Origin: a virus
Taxonomy: Duplodnaviria; Heunggongvirae; Uroviricota; Caudoviricetes
Strand: one strand, 5' to 3'
Length of the DNA: 64,000 nucleotides
Virus record (IMG/VR): IMGVR_UViG_3300036790_000204
Location: 42,103 to 106,102 of that record
Shown here: piece after piece, positions 17,228 through 26,527 of the stretch
Layout of the letters: each line of letters opens with the position of its first letter
Position numbering within the stretch: the stretch's first letter is position 1
Position numbers and translations under genes: made by a program
Notes under the pieces: generated by a model
Told to the model about the DNA's origin: nothing
Seen by the model: the letters and a program-made list of their open reading frames with translations, nothing else
The model's database searches: none

Positions 17228-18568
17228 ATGCCCGGGAGGGGCAACATGCCGAACACCGTAGACCGCGCCCGAATCCGCGAGCTCACCAGCCAGCTCCAGA
17301 CCAAGGCCACCGAGCTCGACCGGCTCGCCGACACCTGGCAGGACGAGACCGGCAACGGGCACCTCGTCATCAGCACCGAGCAGAAGGACGCCTACCAGCG
17401 GGTCCTCGGCGAGGCCGAGGAGATCAAGACCCTGCTGCGTTTCGAGGAAGGCCGCGGGCAGCTCCACGAGTTCCTCAGCGCCCCCGCGGGCAGCCCGCTC
17501 GCCGCGTCGGAGGCCGCCGCGATGGGCGTCGGCTACTCGCAGAAGTCGCTCGGCCAGATGTACATCGAGAGCGCCCAGTACGGGGAGCTCAAGCAGGGCG
17601 GCTTCGACATCCGCCGGCTTCCCGGCGCGTTCGAGAGCGGCATGGGCATCGCCCAGCTCGAGCGCAAGGACGTCTATTCCAACATGGCGGGCAACATCGC
17701 CATCCCGGCGCTCGGTACCCCGCAGAACGTCGGCCTCACCCCGCGGCAGCTGCGCCCCGGCCGGGTGCGTGACCTGTTCCCGCAGGACACCACGACCGCG
17801 AACATGCTCTACGGCATCCGCGAGACCGGGTTCACCAACAACGCCGCCCCGGTCGAGGAGCGCGTCGCGGCGAACGGCGGCCCCGCCACCGGCGGCGCGA
17901 CCGACGTGTACAGCACCAAGCCGCACTCGAACATCAGCATCGTCCCCGTGCAGTACCCGGTCAGCACGATCGCCCACTGGATCAACGTCCACAAGAACAC
18001 CCTCGCCGACGAGCCCCGCATGATGGGCCTGATCGACCGTGACCTCATGGACGGCGTGAAGCTGGCCGAGGACTGGCAGATCATGTACGGCGACGGCCAG
18101 GGCGACCACATCACCGGCATCTGCAACACGCCCGGCCTGCAGGAGTACGCCGGAAGCACCATCTCCGACGACCCGCAGACCGCGCAGATCCGCCGGGCGA
18201 TCACCCGCGTGTTCCTGGCCTACTACCAAGCCAGCGGCGTGGTCGTCCACCCGATGGACTGGGAGTCCCTCGAGCTCGAGCGCGACAATTACGGGCAGTA
18301 CCGGCTCGCGATCTCGGTCGCGATGGGCGCCCAGAAGGTCGTCTGGCGGCTCGACGTCGCCGAGACGGTCGCGATCGCGCAGGGCACGTTCCTGACCGGC
18401 GCGTTCGGGCTCGGCGCGAAGCTGTACGACCGGCAGGCCGTCTCGGTGGCCGTGAGCACGGAGAACGGCTCGAACTTCATCCAGAACGTCTGCACCGTTT
18501 TGGCTGAGGAAAGGGTCGCCCTAGAAGTGTCCCGGCCGGAGTCTTTCGTGCTGGGAACCTTCGCCTAG
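17228..18568 (+). CDS. major capsid protein (HK97 fold)
   Basis: Follows the protease. N-terminal coiled-coil delta-like region. Alternative ATG at 17246 with a GGAGG RBS. The conserved upstream motif lies before it, and strong hairpins follow it. Confidence 0.7.
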   Translation: MPGRGNMPNTVDRARIRELTSQLQTKATELDRLADTWQDETGNGHLVISTEQKDAYQRVLGEAEEIKTLLRFEEGRGQLHEFLSAPAGSPLAASEAAAMGVGYSQKSLGQMYIESAQYGELKQGGFDIRRLPGAFESGMGIAQLERKDVYSNMAGNIAIPALGTPQNVGLTPRQLRPGRVRDLFPQDTTTANMLYGIRETGFTNNAAPVEERVAANGGPATGGATDVYSTKPHSNISIVPVQYPVSTIAHWINVHKNTLADEPRMMGLIDRDLMDGVKLAEDWQIMYGDGQGDHITGICNTPGLQEYAGSTISDDPQTAQIRRAITRVFLAYYQASGVVVHPMDWESLELERDNYGQYRLAISVAMGAQKVVWRLDVAETVAIAQGTFLTGAFGLGAKLYDRQAVSVAVSTENGSNFIQNVCTVLAEERVALEVSRPESFVLGTFA

Positions 18569-18578
18569 CATCTTCACA

Positions 18579-18690
18579 GTGCGTCTGCGTTTACGCACTG
18601 AACTGGTACGATTAAGGGACGCCGACAGTGTGTCGGCGTCCCTTAAGTACATAAAAGTGGCCTGGCAGCCGTTACAGCGGCTGCCAGGCC
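18579..18690. terminator. three consecutive stem-loops after the capsid gene (8-bp, 16-bp and 13-bp stems)
   Basis: cagtgcgt..acgcactg. ttaagggacgccgaca-gtg-tgtcggcgtcccttaa. ggcctggcagccg-ttacag-cggctgccaggcc. No U-tract is visible. Confidence 0.4.
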
Positions 18691-18712
18691 GTCAACCTGT
18701 TCGGAGGCTGAC

Positions 18713-19906
18713 ATGCCAGAGGGTACCTGTCCGTGCGGTAAAGCAGCGGAGGTCGGCCCGCAATGCCGGACCTGCTATCAGCGGGACTATCGCGAGCGGA
18801 AGAAGAACGGCGAGGCGGCGATCACCCAACCCGGGATCGTCGTGGTGTGCGTGCGCGACGGCTGCGGTACTAGCGTCCGCATCACGGGCGCGCGGCGGCG
18901 CAAGTACGAAGAGAACGGCACCGGGGCCTACTGCGGTAATGAGTGCTACATGGCCGACACCCACGTCGAAGTCAAATGCGCCGGCTGTGGGGCACCGCTT
19001 CAGAGGTACAAGAAGCAGGTAGAGGCCAGCAAGACCGGCCACTTCGTCTGCGAGGGATGCCGCACCACGGTCGGCTGCAAGCCGAGGCGCGGGCAAGAGC
19101 ACACCTGCACCGGATGCGGGACCACGTTCTACCGCCGTCCCGGCGATGACAATCCGCGCTTCCACTCGCGCAGATGCCGCCAGCAGTATGAGCGGGCACA
19201 GCGCGTCACAGTCACTTGCGAAGGCTGCGGGATCGATTTCGAGGTCATCAAGGCCATCGCCGAGCGCAGGCGCTTCCACAATCGCGCCTGCAAGAACCTT
19301 GCGCTCACAACCAACCGGGTGCCCGGCCAGTGGCACAACGGGAAGCCTAAGCGGTCCGGGAGCGGCAACGCAGCCGAGTACATCATGATCTGGGAGCCAG
19401 ATCACCCGAAAGCGTTTCAGGGCGGCTGGATCCTAGAGCACCGCTGGGTCGTGGAGCAGCAGATAGGCCGGTACCTCGAGAAAAGCGAGCAGGTCGACCA
19501 CATCAATCAGGTCAAGAACGACAACCGGCCGGAAAACCTGCGGGTGCTAGACCCGCGCGCGCACCAGCTTGTCACTGCCGCTAATGCGAAGGTTAACCGC
19601 GCCGCCGAGCGCGCCGAACTGAAAAGGTACCGGGAGATATTTGGCTCGGCGGCCGAGGCGGCAGAGGCCGCGCTACGGATAGGCGGCCATCGGCCGGTCG
19701 GCGAACTGCTAGATGAAGCACGATCGATTTTCGTGGAGGCAGCCGCTGCCGCGCCCGAGAAGATGGGCGACGGGCAACTGATGGTGCTGCGACAGTTCCT
19801 CGCCCAGCACGGCACCCGTGCCGAGCGGAAGCGGTACGCAGCGCTTTCCCCGGTGGTCACCGGGTCGCCAGCGGCGGAAGGTGAGACCAAGGACGTGCTG
19901 TTCTAG
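18713..19906 (+). CDS. HNH homing endonuclease with N-terminal zinc-ribbon repeat array
   Basis: HNH core EHRWVVEQQIGRYLEKSEQVDHINQVKNDNRPENLRVL. Four C..C....C..C ribbons. GGAGG RBS. Confidence 0.75.
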   Translation: MPEGTCPCGKAAEVGPQCRTCYQRDYRERKKNGEAAITQPGIVVVCVRDGCGTSVRITGARRRKYEENGTGAYCGNECYMADTHVEVKCAGCGAPLQRYKKQVEASKTGHFVCEGCRTTVGCKPRRGQEHTCTGCGTTFYRRPGDDNPRFHSRRCRQQYERAQRVTVTCEGCGIDFEVIKAIAERRRFHNRACKNLALTTNRVPGQWHNGKPKRSGSGNAAEYIMIWEPDHPKAFQGGWILEHRWVVEQQIGRYLEKSEQVDHINQVKNDNRPENLRVLDPRAHQLVTAANAKVNRAAERAELKRYREIFGSAAEAAEAALRIGGHRPVGELLDEARSIFVEAAAAAPEKMGDGQLMVLRQFLAQHGTRAERKRYAALSPVVTGSPAAEGETKDVLF

Positions 19907-19945
19907 CCGTCCATCTGCGCGGATCGTAAGCGAGCGCCGTCCCGC

Positions 19946-20260
19946 CTACGTGGGGCGGCGCTCGCCGTTTCCCCTGCGGCGCTGGCCGGGCTTCGGCACG
20001 CCGATGACGGTGCGGCGTATCCGGTCGAGCTCGAGCAGCGCCCACGTTCCGTCGTCGGTGGCGGCGAGGCGTCCGATCGCGGCGCCGGTGCGGGGCTGGC
20101 TGGTGAGGTGCCACAGCCCGCAGCCTGGTTTGCACTCGTACGGGTGCAGCGGCCGGGGGTGGTGCTCGGCGATGATCTCGGCGCCCGTGACGGCGCTGGT
20201 GATGTCGGGGTATGCCCCTTTGGCCGGCGTGGGGCAGTGGTCCCTGTCCGGCGTCGTCAT
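19946..20260 (-). CDS. hypothetical protein (reverse-oriented)
   Basis: Part of ORF 19946..20368. ATG MTTPDRDH. Confidence 0.3.
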   Translation of the reverse strand: MTTPDRDHCPTPAKGAYPDITSAVTGAEIIAEHHPRPLHPYECKPGCGLWHLTSQPRTGAAIGRLAATDDGTWALLELDRIRRTVIGVPKPGQRRRGNGERRPT

Positions 20261-20317
20261 GCACGCAACGTAGCCGGGCGCCGGGCGTAGGGACACGGAC
20301 AGCCACAAGTGATGCGT

Positions 20318-20352
20318 GTTTAAGTTGACAAGGTTACGCGGCGTCACTAACT
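20318..20352 (+). promoter_or_regulatory. sigma70-like promoter candidate TTGACA-N17-TAACTT in an AT-richer island
   Basis: gttgacaaggttacgcggcgtcactaacttt about 40 nt upstream of GTG 20389. Confidence 0.3.
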
Positions 20353-20388
20353 TTGACCCTGTAAGCATCCAACACTTACGGGGGCGCC

Positions 20389-20892
20389 GTGAACGTCATC
20401 AACCGCGAGATAGCAGAAGTGGTTCTCTACCACGGCAGCCAGCGGCGGTCGCACGGTGAGTGGCTGCTCGCCGGGGCGTGCATCTGCAACCCGTGCGCCG
20501 CCCGCGTCCTCTCCGGTGGCGAAGGCCGGTGGGAGCTCGCCGACGTGCGCGGGCCGAACCGCATCACGTGCGTGCGCCGCGAGTCGTTCACCCCGTACAG
20601 CGAGCTTCCGCAGGCCGCGCCCGCGCCAGTTCACAAGACCACGACGACGCCGCCATCCGGCTACGTCGAGAACGGCGACGGGACGCGCCGTTTTGACAAG
20701 CGCGGCCGGGTGATGCGCGACCGTTTCTCATTCGCCCGCTGCACTTGCGGATGGGTGTCGGGCGGAGCCGACCGCGCAGAGGCGCGCGCCAACGCGAGGC
20801 GGCACCGTGATGAGCAGGCCGCGCTTCAGCAGGCCGAGACAGACGCCGCGCTCGCCGCGCTCCGCGCCAAGCTGGAAGGGCCGACATCATGA
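20389..20892 (+). CDS. hypothetical protein
   Basis: 167-aa ORF with a GTG start. Confidence 0.35.
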   Translation: MNVINREIAEVVLYHGSQRRSHGEWLLAGACICNPCAARVLSGGEGRWELADVRGPNRITCVRRESFTPYSELPQAAPAPVHKTTTTPPSGYVENGDGTRRFDKRGRVMRDRFSFARCTCGWVSGGADRAEARANARRHRDEQAALQQAETDAALAALRAKLEGPTS

Positions 20893-21803
20893 GCGCGTAT
20901 AAGCCAGACTTGTCGCTGCCGACGTTCTACCTCGGCACCCACCGCCCCAACTGGCTGTGGGACGGGTCGATGCCCTTCCCGCTCATGGCGTCCGACCGGA
21001 CACTCCGCGAGGTGGTCAACCTGCGCCCGGCCACCGCGCCCGAATGGTCGCTCGACTCGGGCGGCTTCACGGAGCTTTCCTCCTACGGCCGGTGGACCGT
21101 CAGCCCGCGAGAGTACGTCGAGCGCGTAGCCCGCTACGACCGCGAGATCGGCGGACTGGCGTGGGCCGCGCCGCAGGACTGGATGTGCGAGCCCGCGATC
21201 ATCAGCGGCGGCCGCGTCAGCACCACCGTGACCGCGCCGGGCACCGGCCTGTCGGTCGCCGGGCACCAGCGGCGCACCGTCGCGAACTACCTCGAGCTGA
21301 CCGCGCTGTGGGGGCAATACAGCGATACAGAAAGCCCGTTCATCCCCGTGCTGCAGGGCTATAAGGCGGCCGACTACGAGGCGTGCCACGCGCTGTACGG
21401 GGCGGCTGGCGTCGACCTCGGCGCGGTCCCGCTGGTGGGAGTCGGGTCGGTGTGCCGCCGTCAGGCAGAAACGGAAATCCGCGACATCGTGTCCGTGGTC
21501 GCCGCGATGCCACTCGTGTCGCACTGGTTCGGCATGAAGCTGACCGGCATCCGGCTCGCTGGCGTCCGCACCGGTGAGATCTGGGAGAATGGCGAACTGA
21601 CCGAGAACGGCCCGGCGTCGCTTGACTCGCTCGCATGGTCGTACGAAGCGCGCCGCTCGGCCCGGCTGTCCGACTGCACCCACAGGGCGCAGAAGTGCTC
21701 AGGCTGCCGTGTGTGGGCGACTGCATGGCGGGACAAGGCGATCAAGGCGCTGCGCGACGCCGCCACCGCACCGGTTCAGGACATGCTGCCTTTCGCCGCC
21801 TAG
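20889..21803 (+). CDS. TGT/DpdA-like transglycosylase (candidate 7-deazaguanine DNA-modification enzyme)
   Basis: LDSGGF motif (compare TGT LTDSGGFQ). C-terminal C-x6-C-x2-C cluster. About 300 aa, like phage DpdA. Confidence 0.4.
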   Translation: MSAYKPDLSLPTFYLGTHRPNWLWDGSMPFPLMASDRTLREVVNLRPATAPEWSLDSGGFTELSSYGRWTVSPREYVERVARYDREIGGLAWAAPQDWMCEPAIISGGRVSTTVTAPGTGLSVAGHQRRTVANYLELTALWGQYSDTESPFIPVLQGYKAADYEACHALYGAAGVDLGAVPLVGVGSVCRRQAETEIRDIVSVVAAMPLVSHWFGMKLTGIRLAGVRTGEIWENGELTENGPASLDSLAWSYEARRSARLSDCTHRAQKCSGCRVWATAWRDKAIKALRDAATAPVQDMLPFAA

Positions 21804-21867
21804 GCACCCTGCAGCCCGCGACGCTACCCGCACGCGTCGCTAGCCTCCCTCATCAGCACACCAGCAC

Positions 21868-22440
21868 ATGACGAGGGGCGGGAATCGCATGCCACCCAAG
21901 GCCAGCAGCGCGAGCACGGACGGCACGGACACCACGCAGCCCGACGATCCCGCCGCCCCGCCGACCCCGGACGCCGCGCCGCCGGCCCCGCCGGCCCCGC
22001 CGGTCGCCGACCCTCCGCCCGCGCCTGACGCCCCCGCGCCGCCCGGAGCGCCCACGCCGCCTGACGCGGCCCCGCTGACGCCCCCGAAGCAGGGCGCCAA
22101 GTCGCAGACGCCGCCCGCTGCGGCCGGCGCGGCGAACGCCGTGGTCAGCGTCCAGGCGCCCGGCGAGCACCTCGGCATCGTCGACCACGACGGCAACCCA
22201 CTCGGCCCGGACGCCCTGTTCCAAGACGAGGGCGACCACTTCACGTGGGTCACGGCCGTCCGGCGCATCTACCAGCATTTCCGCTACGCGGGAATCCACA
22301 AGGAGGGCGCGGCACCCGGCCGTCGCCTGTTGTACCCGGCCGGCGCGAAGGTGCCCCGGAACGAGGCCGCGCAGGTGAGGGACCTCGCCGGGCAGGGCGC
22401 GGCCGCGCCCGAACCGCAGCAGGAGAACCCCGAGCAGTAG
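21868..22440 (+). CDS. Pro/Ala-rich hypothetical protein
   Basis: 190-aa ORF. Long PAPP tracts, then a structured C-terminus. Confidence 0.3.
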   Translation: MTRGGNRMPPKASSASTDGTDTTQPDDPAAPPTPDAAPPAPPAPPVADPPPAPDAPAPPGAPTPPDAAPLTPPKQGAKSQTPPAAAGAANAVVSVQAPGEHLGIVDHDGNPLGPDALFQDEGDHFTWVTAVRRIYQHFRYAGIHKEGAAPGRRLLYPAGAKVPRNEAAQVRDLAGQGAAAPEPQQENPEQ

Positions 22441-22594
22441 CGCGAAGAACCCGCGCCGCCCCACCCTGGCGGCGCGCTCAGACGGGCGCGGTCAGCTGGT
22501 GTTTTCACGGGGGTGGGCGCCGGCTGACCGCGCTCTTTATCGTTATCGCAGAGTCCGTCGGCGGGACGCTAAGCGACGCCCGGGCCGATGATCG

Positions 22595-23413
22595 GTGACT
22601 ATGACCACGCAATTCCCCGAGTTCTACGGCCCCCCGCAGCTCCCCACCGAGGCAGTCAGGGACGAGCGCGCCGACCCGATCCCGGCCCCCGCTCCGGCGT
22701 TCGACACAGGGACGCCGAGGGACTACGCGCAGGTCGTCACCGCCGACCAGGTCGCCCGCACCCTGATGCTTCCCCTCCCGCTGAGCACCGAGGCGCTCGG
22801 CGCGATCACCGAGGCGATCATGGCCGCGCAGTCCGACGTCGAGGCGTACCTCGGCCGGCCGGCCGTGCCGCTCACCTACACCGACACCGGGCGGTGGCCC
22901 GACCCGCGCGGCTGGTACCTCGAGAACTACCCGGTGCACTCGATCACGTCGACCACCGCGGAAACCGACGGGCAGGGCATCCCGACCGGCCGTTACACCG
23001 TCGTCTACGTCGCCGGCCTCGACTCGATAAACGACCCGGAGCTGTTCCCGATCCCCCGGTTCATCAAGCTGCACGCCTGCTACGACCCGTTCGTTCAGAT
23101 CATTTTCCGGCAGCTCCGCGCCGACATCGCGACCCGCGTCACGTCGGGCAGCACCGAGGGGCAGTCGGCGACGATCACCGACTCGCTGCCCGTCCCCGCC
23201 ACCTCGAGGACGAGCACCCCCGCCGCGGTCAACGCGCAGATGTCGCTCCCCGGGTCGCCTCCGACCCTGCAGACGCTCGACCGGTGGCGGATCGGGAAGC
23301 GCCGCGTGTACCAGCGGCCGACGCTGCTCGGCGAGGCCGCCCCGTGGCCGTACGACCTGCCGCTGCCGGGCACGTGGGACGCGTGGGCCGGAAGGTGGCA
23401 GACATGGTGGTGA
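22595..23413 (+). CDS. head-tail connector / adaptor-like protein
   Basis: Position and weak resemblance (LSTEALGAITEAI...AYLGRP). Confidence 0.35.
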   Translation: MTMTTQFPEFYGPPQLPTEAVRDERADPIPAPAPAFDTGTPRDYAQVVTADQVARTLMLPLPLSTEALGAITEAIMAAQSDVEAYLGRPAVPLTYTDTGRWPDPRGWYLENYPVHSITSTTAETDGQGIPTGRYTVVYVAGLDSINDPELFPIPRFIKLHACYDPFVQIIFRQLRADIATRVTSGSTEGQSATITDSLPVPATSRTSTPAAVNAQMSLPGSPPTLQTLDRWRIGKRRVYQRPTLLGEAAPWPYDLPLPGTWDAWAGRWQTWW

Positions 23414-23751
23414 TCATGGCGAACCGGCAGCTCGCCGTCCGCGCCCGGATCGTTCGGAATGACAGCCACGGGGACCGGGTCGCGGCCGGGTTCGGCGACC
23501 CGGGCCAGGCGTACCCGGGGCTCGCGCAGGAGCAGGGCGACACGCCGCTGGGCACCCCCGGTGACCGGACGTGGGTGCTCGACCTCGACCCGGCGGTGTG
23601 GCCGGTCGCGCAGCAGGACATGGTCGTTGACACGGTCAGCGGGCAGCAGTGGAACGTGACCAGCGCGCAGCTGATGACCAACGTGCTGATGCCGTTCATC
23701 AACCACGTCCGCTGCGAGGCGCGGCTCTACGCCGGCGGGTCGGGCGCCTGA
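23410..23751 (+). CDS. head closure-like protein
   Basis: Overlapping start. Small protein in the connector block. Confidence 0.3.
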   Translation: MIMANRQLAVRARIVRNDSHGDRVAAGFGDPGQAYPGLAQEQGDTPLGTPGDRTWVLDLDPAVWPVAQQDMVVDTVSGQQWNVTSAQLMTNVLMPFINHVRCEARLYAGGSGA

Positions 23752-24356
23752 TGGCCGGGTCGGACATCAACGCGGACCTCGAGATCGCGGTTGCCAGCGG
23801 GCCGCTGCGCGGGCTGATCGACCGGTTCGGCGCCGAGCTCGAGCTGGCCGCGCAGAAGGAAGCGCCCCCGGCCCGCATATGGCGCACCGTCGGCGACGAG
23901 AGGGTCCGCGAGACGCACCGCCAGGCCGACGGGCAGGCCATCCCGACCAACCTCAAGTTCATCCTGAACAAGCCCGAGCGCGGTCCGACGGCGCGCGGGC
24001 AGGCCGAGCGGGCGGCGCACCACGCCGAGGGGCACGGCGGCGGCAGCTCGGGCGACATCCTGGCCAAGCCGGAGTCTTACGGGACGGAGTCGGCCCGCTA
24101 CCCGCGCGACGAAACTCTCAGTCCGGGCAACCGTTACAACTGTCGTTGTCACGATGAAACGGACACGGAGATGATCGCGCGGACCGTCCACGCCGACCCG
24201 TCGACAGTGCAGGGCACCCGCGTGAGCGTCACCGTGTCAACCCGCTTCCCGCGCGCCGCCGAGTCCGAGTTCGGCGACGGCGACGGATCGCCCGGCCTGC
24301 GGTGGATGGGCCGCGCCCTCAACGAGACCAGCGCGAAACTCGCCGGCAGCCCGTGA
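23751..24356 (+). CDS. MuF-like (SPP1 gp7 family) minor capsid domain protein
   Basis: ERVRETHRQADGQ and NCRCH, hallmarks of the Phage_Mu_F domain. ATGA-coupled start. Confidence 0.5.
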   Translation: MAGSDINADLEIAVASGPLRGLIDRFGAELELAAQKEAPPARIWRTVGDERVRETHRQADGQAIPTNLKFILNKPERGPTARGQAERAAHHAEGHGGGSSGDILAKPESYGTESARYPRDETLSPGNRYNCRCHDETDTEMIARTVHADPSTVQGTRVSVTVSTRFPRAAESEFGDGDGSPGLRWMGRALNETSAKLAGSP

Positions 24357-24414
24357 CGCAAACCAGCCGCGCCCGCGATGCTCGACCCCACCGACCCGGA
24401 AGGCAGGTGCCCGC

Positions 24415-24894
24415 ATGGGCGAAATGATCGAGGTTCCGCTGGCCCACCACATCTCGGAGAAGATCGCCGGGAAGGTCGGCGCGGCCGACGTCCGCGCGTA
24501 CATCCCCGAAGAGAAGATCATGGTTCCGCGCGCCGGCGCCGTGATGCTGATCAACATGGGCCGAGCCAAGGCCGACCCGAACGTCCGCGAGCAGGTCGAC
24601 GCGATCCTGTCCCCGAAGCCGCCCGCGCCCCCGGCCCCGGCCGCCCCAGTCGAGCAGCAGCCCGACCCGAGCGCGCACGCCAACGTCGGCCAGCGCCCGG
24701 CCGAGCACGCCCCGCAGGCCGCGACGCAGGCCGTCCAGACCGCCGCGCCCGCGTCCCCGGCGCCCGCGCCCGCGGTCACGCCTGCGCCCCCGGCCGCGAC
24801 GCCCGCCCCGACTCCGGCCGCGCCCGCGCACACGGCGCCCGCCGCGACGATGCCCCCGACGGCCGCCGCGGCGCTCATCCCCCCGCGCGCCTAA
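24415..24894 (+). CDS. hypothetical protein with Pro/Ala-rich tail
   Basis: 159-aa ORF. Confidence 0.3.
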   Translation: MGEMIEVPLAHHISEKIAGKVGAADVRAYIPEEKIMVPRAGAVMLINMGRAKADPNVREQVDAILSPKPPAPPAPAAPVEQQPDPSAHANVGQRPAEHAPQAATQAVQTAAPASPAPAPAVTPAPPAATPAPTPAAPAHTAPAATMPPTAAAALIPPRA

Positions 24895-25352
24895 TGACCG
24901 CCGGGCCGCCGCCGTCCGCGGCGCTGCCCGCAGGCGACGTCGTCCCGCTGGTCAACTGGTGGCTCGGCCAGCACCAGGCCGTCGCCGCGGCGATCACGCC
25001 GGGGCACGTCAGCATGTGGAACGAGCCGCCGTGGCCCGACCTGGTCGTCACCGACACCACCGCCGGCGCGGACGGCGACCTGATCTGGCTGACCAGCCCC
25101 GAGATCCAGCTCGAGGCGTACGGCGACCTTGACGGCAACCCCGGCAAGGCCGCGCTCCGTAAACTCGTATACACCGCGCTCGGCGCCCTCATGGAACTGT
25201 GCTCGGCGCCTTACCCGTACGAGGGCGCCCCGGACGGGTCGCCGGTCGTGACGTGGGTTCAGTCGTCCCGCGCAGGCGGCTACGTGCCCCTGCCGTCCGG
25301 GCAGCCCCGCTACGTCGCGGCCGTGCGCCTGTTCGTCCACCCGCCCAACTGA
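24894..25352 (+). CDS. hypothetical protein
   Basis: The ATG overlaps the upstream TAA. 152 aa. Confidence 0.3.
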   Translation: MTAGPPPSAALPAGDVVPLVNWWLGQHQAVAAAITPGHVSMWNEPPWPDLVVTDTTAGADGDLIWLTSPEIQLEAYGDLDGNPGKAALRKLVYTALGALMELCSAPYPYEGAPDGSPVVTWVQSSRAGGYVPLPSGQPRYVAAVRLFVHPPN

Positions 25353-25373
25353 CCGATCCCGCGAGAGGCAGCG

Positions 25374-25814
25374 ATGACCATCCCCGAAGCCCGGAAGACC
25401 GAGTACCGCAAATGGCTGATCGAGTTCATCAACGCGCGGCTAGCCGAGGAGGAGGCGACCGCCAGAGCCGCAGGCGGCGGCACATGGCGCACCGGGTGCT
25501 ACTGCGAAGGCCCGTGCACCGGATGGGGAGGAGGTTGCTGCCGCGTTGAGGGCGACGACATCAAGATCTACGACGAGGGCGGCCACGACGCCAGCCAGGC
25601 TGATCACATAGCGCGCCATGATCCCGCCCGGGTACTCCGCGAGATCGAGGCCAAGCGGGCGATCCTGGCCCGGTACGAGGACTGTCTGGACCGCATGGAA
25701 AACCTGGAGTTCAGCGCCATGGCGGCGCGCGAGGGGCTCGCCGAGTACGAGGATTCCGTTCTGCCCAACATGGCCGGCGCCTGGTCCGATCACGCGGACT
25801 ACCGGCAGGAATGA
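25374..25814 (+). CDS. Cys-rich hypothetical protein (CYCEGPCTGWGGGCC)
   Basis: 146-aa ORF. Confidence 0.3.
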   Translation: MTIPEARKTEYRKWLIEFINARLAEEEATARAAGGGTWRTGCYCEGPCTGWGGGCCRVEGDDIKIYDEGGHDASQADHIARHDPARVLREIEAKRAILARYEDCLDRMENLEFSAMAAREGLAEYEDSVLPNMAGAWSDHADYRQE

Positions 25815-26062
25815 GCGATCACATGAGCAGAAACCCCGGCCGAGGCCGCGAGACGAGCGCCGATACGGGCCTGGCCGGCATCATCGCGGCCGACCTCGAC
25901 GCCGAGTACGCCGTGCAGCTCGACCAGGCGCTCGACCGCGAGCTCGGCTACGCCGACGGCGGCACCGGCCCGCACTTCACCGGCCTCATGCCGCCGGCGA
26001 CGCCGATCATCAACGCGCCGGAGAAAGGAGACGGCGATGAGCGAGACGACGACCGCCGCTGA
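25811..26062 (+). CDS. hypothetical protein
   Basis: 83-aa ORF, coupled. Confidence 0.25.
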   Translation: MSDHMSRNPGRGRETSADTGLAGIIAADLDAEYAVQLDQALDRELGYADGGTGPHFTGLMPPATPIINAPEKGDGDERDDDRR

Positions 26063-26261
26063 CGGGGAGCGCACCGACTGGCGCGTGACGTTCTGGTTCC
26101 TGAACGGAATAGGCTGGGTCCAGCTGGGGTTCGCGTTCGTCACGGCCAAGAGCGAGCAGATGGCCCTGATGCTGTGCACGCAGCGCGCGTCGAAGCTCGG
26201 CTTCATCGTGAACAATGACACGCAGGCGGAAGTCAGGCGCGAGACAGACGGGCACCTGTGA
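26037..26261 (+). CDS. hypothetical protein
   Basis: 74-aa ORF. Confidence 0.25.
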   Translation: MSETTTAADGERTDWRVTFWFLNGIGWVQLGFAFVTAKSEQMALMLCTQRASKLGFIVNNDTQAEVRRETDGHL

Positions 26262-26527
26262 CCGATCCGGGCCGCGTCCGCGTCCGCGTTGTGAGCTACA
26301 GCTTGTCCGAGTTCGTCGCCAGCTATCTAGGCGACCTCCCAGACCTCCGGCTCGCCGACGAACTGAAGGCGATAGACGAGCAGGCGCGGGTGCACGCGGG
26401 GCGGTGGCCGACACCGCGCGCCGAGATCCCGCCCGCGTTCCGCCGCAGGCCGCCCGCTGCGGCCGCACCGTGCCCGGCCGGCGTCTGCCAGCGCGTGACG
26501 CTAGCCGGAACCCGGTCCTACCTTTAG
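26258..26527 (+). CDS. hypothetical protein
   Basis: 89-aa ORF. Confidence 0.25.
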   Translation: MTDPGRVRVRVVSYSLSEFVASYLGDLPDLRLADELKAIDEQARVHAGRWPTPRAEIPPAFRRRPPAAAAPCPAGVCQRVTLAGTRSYL

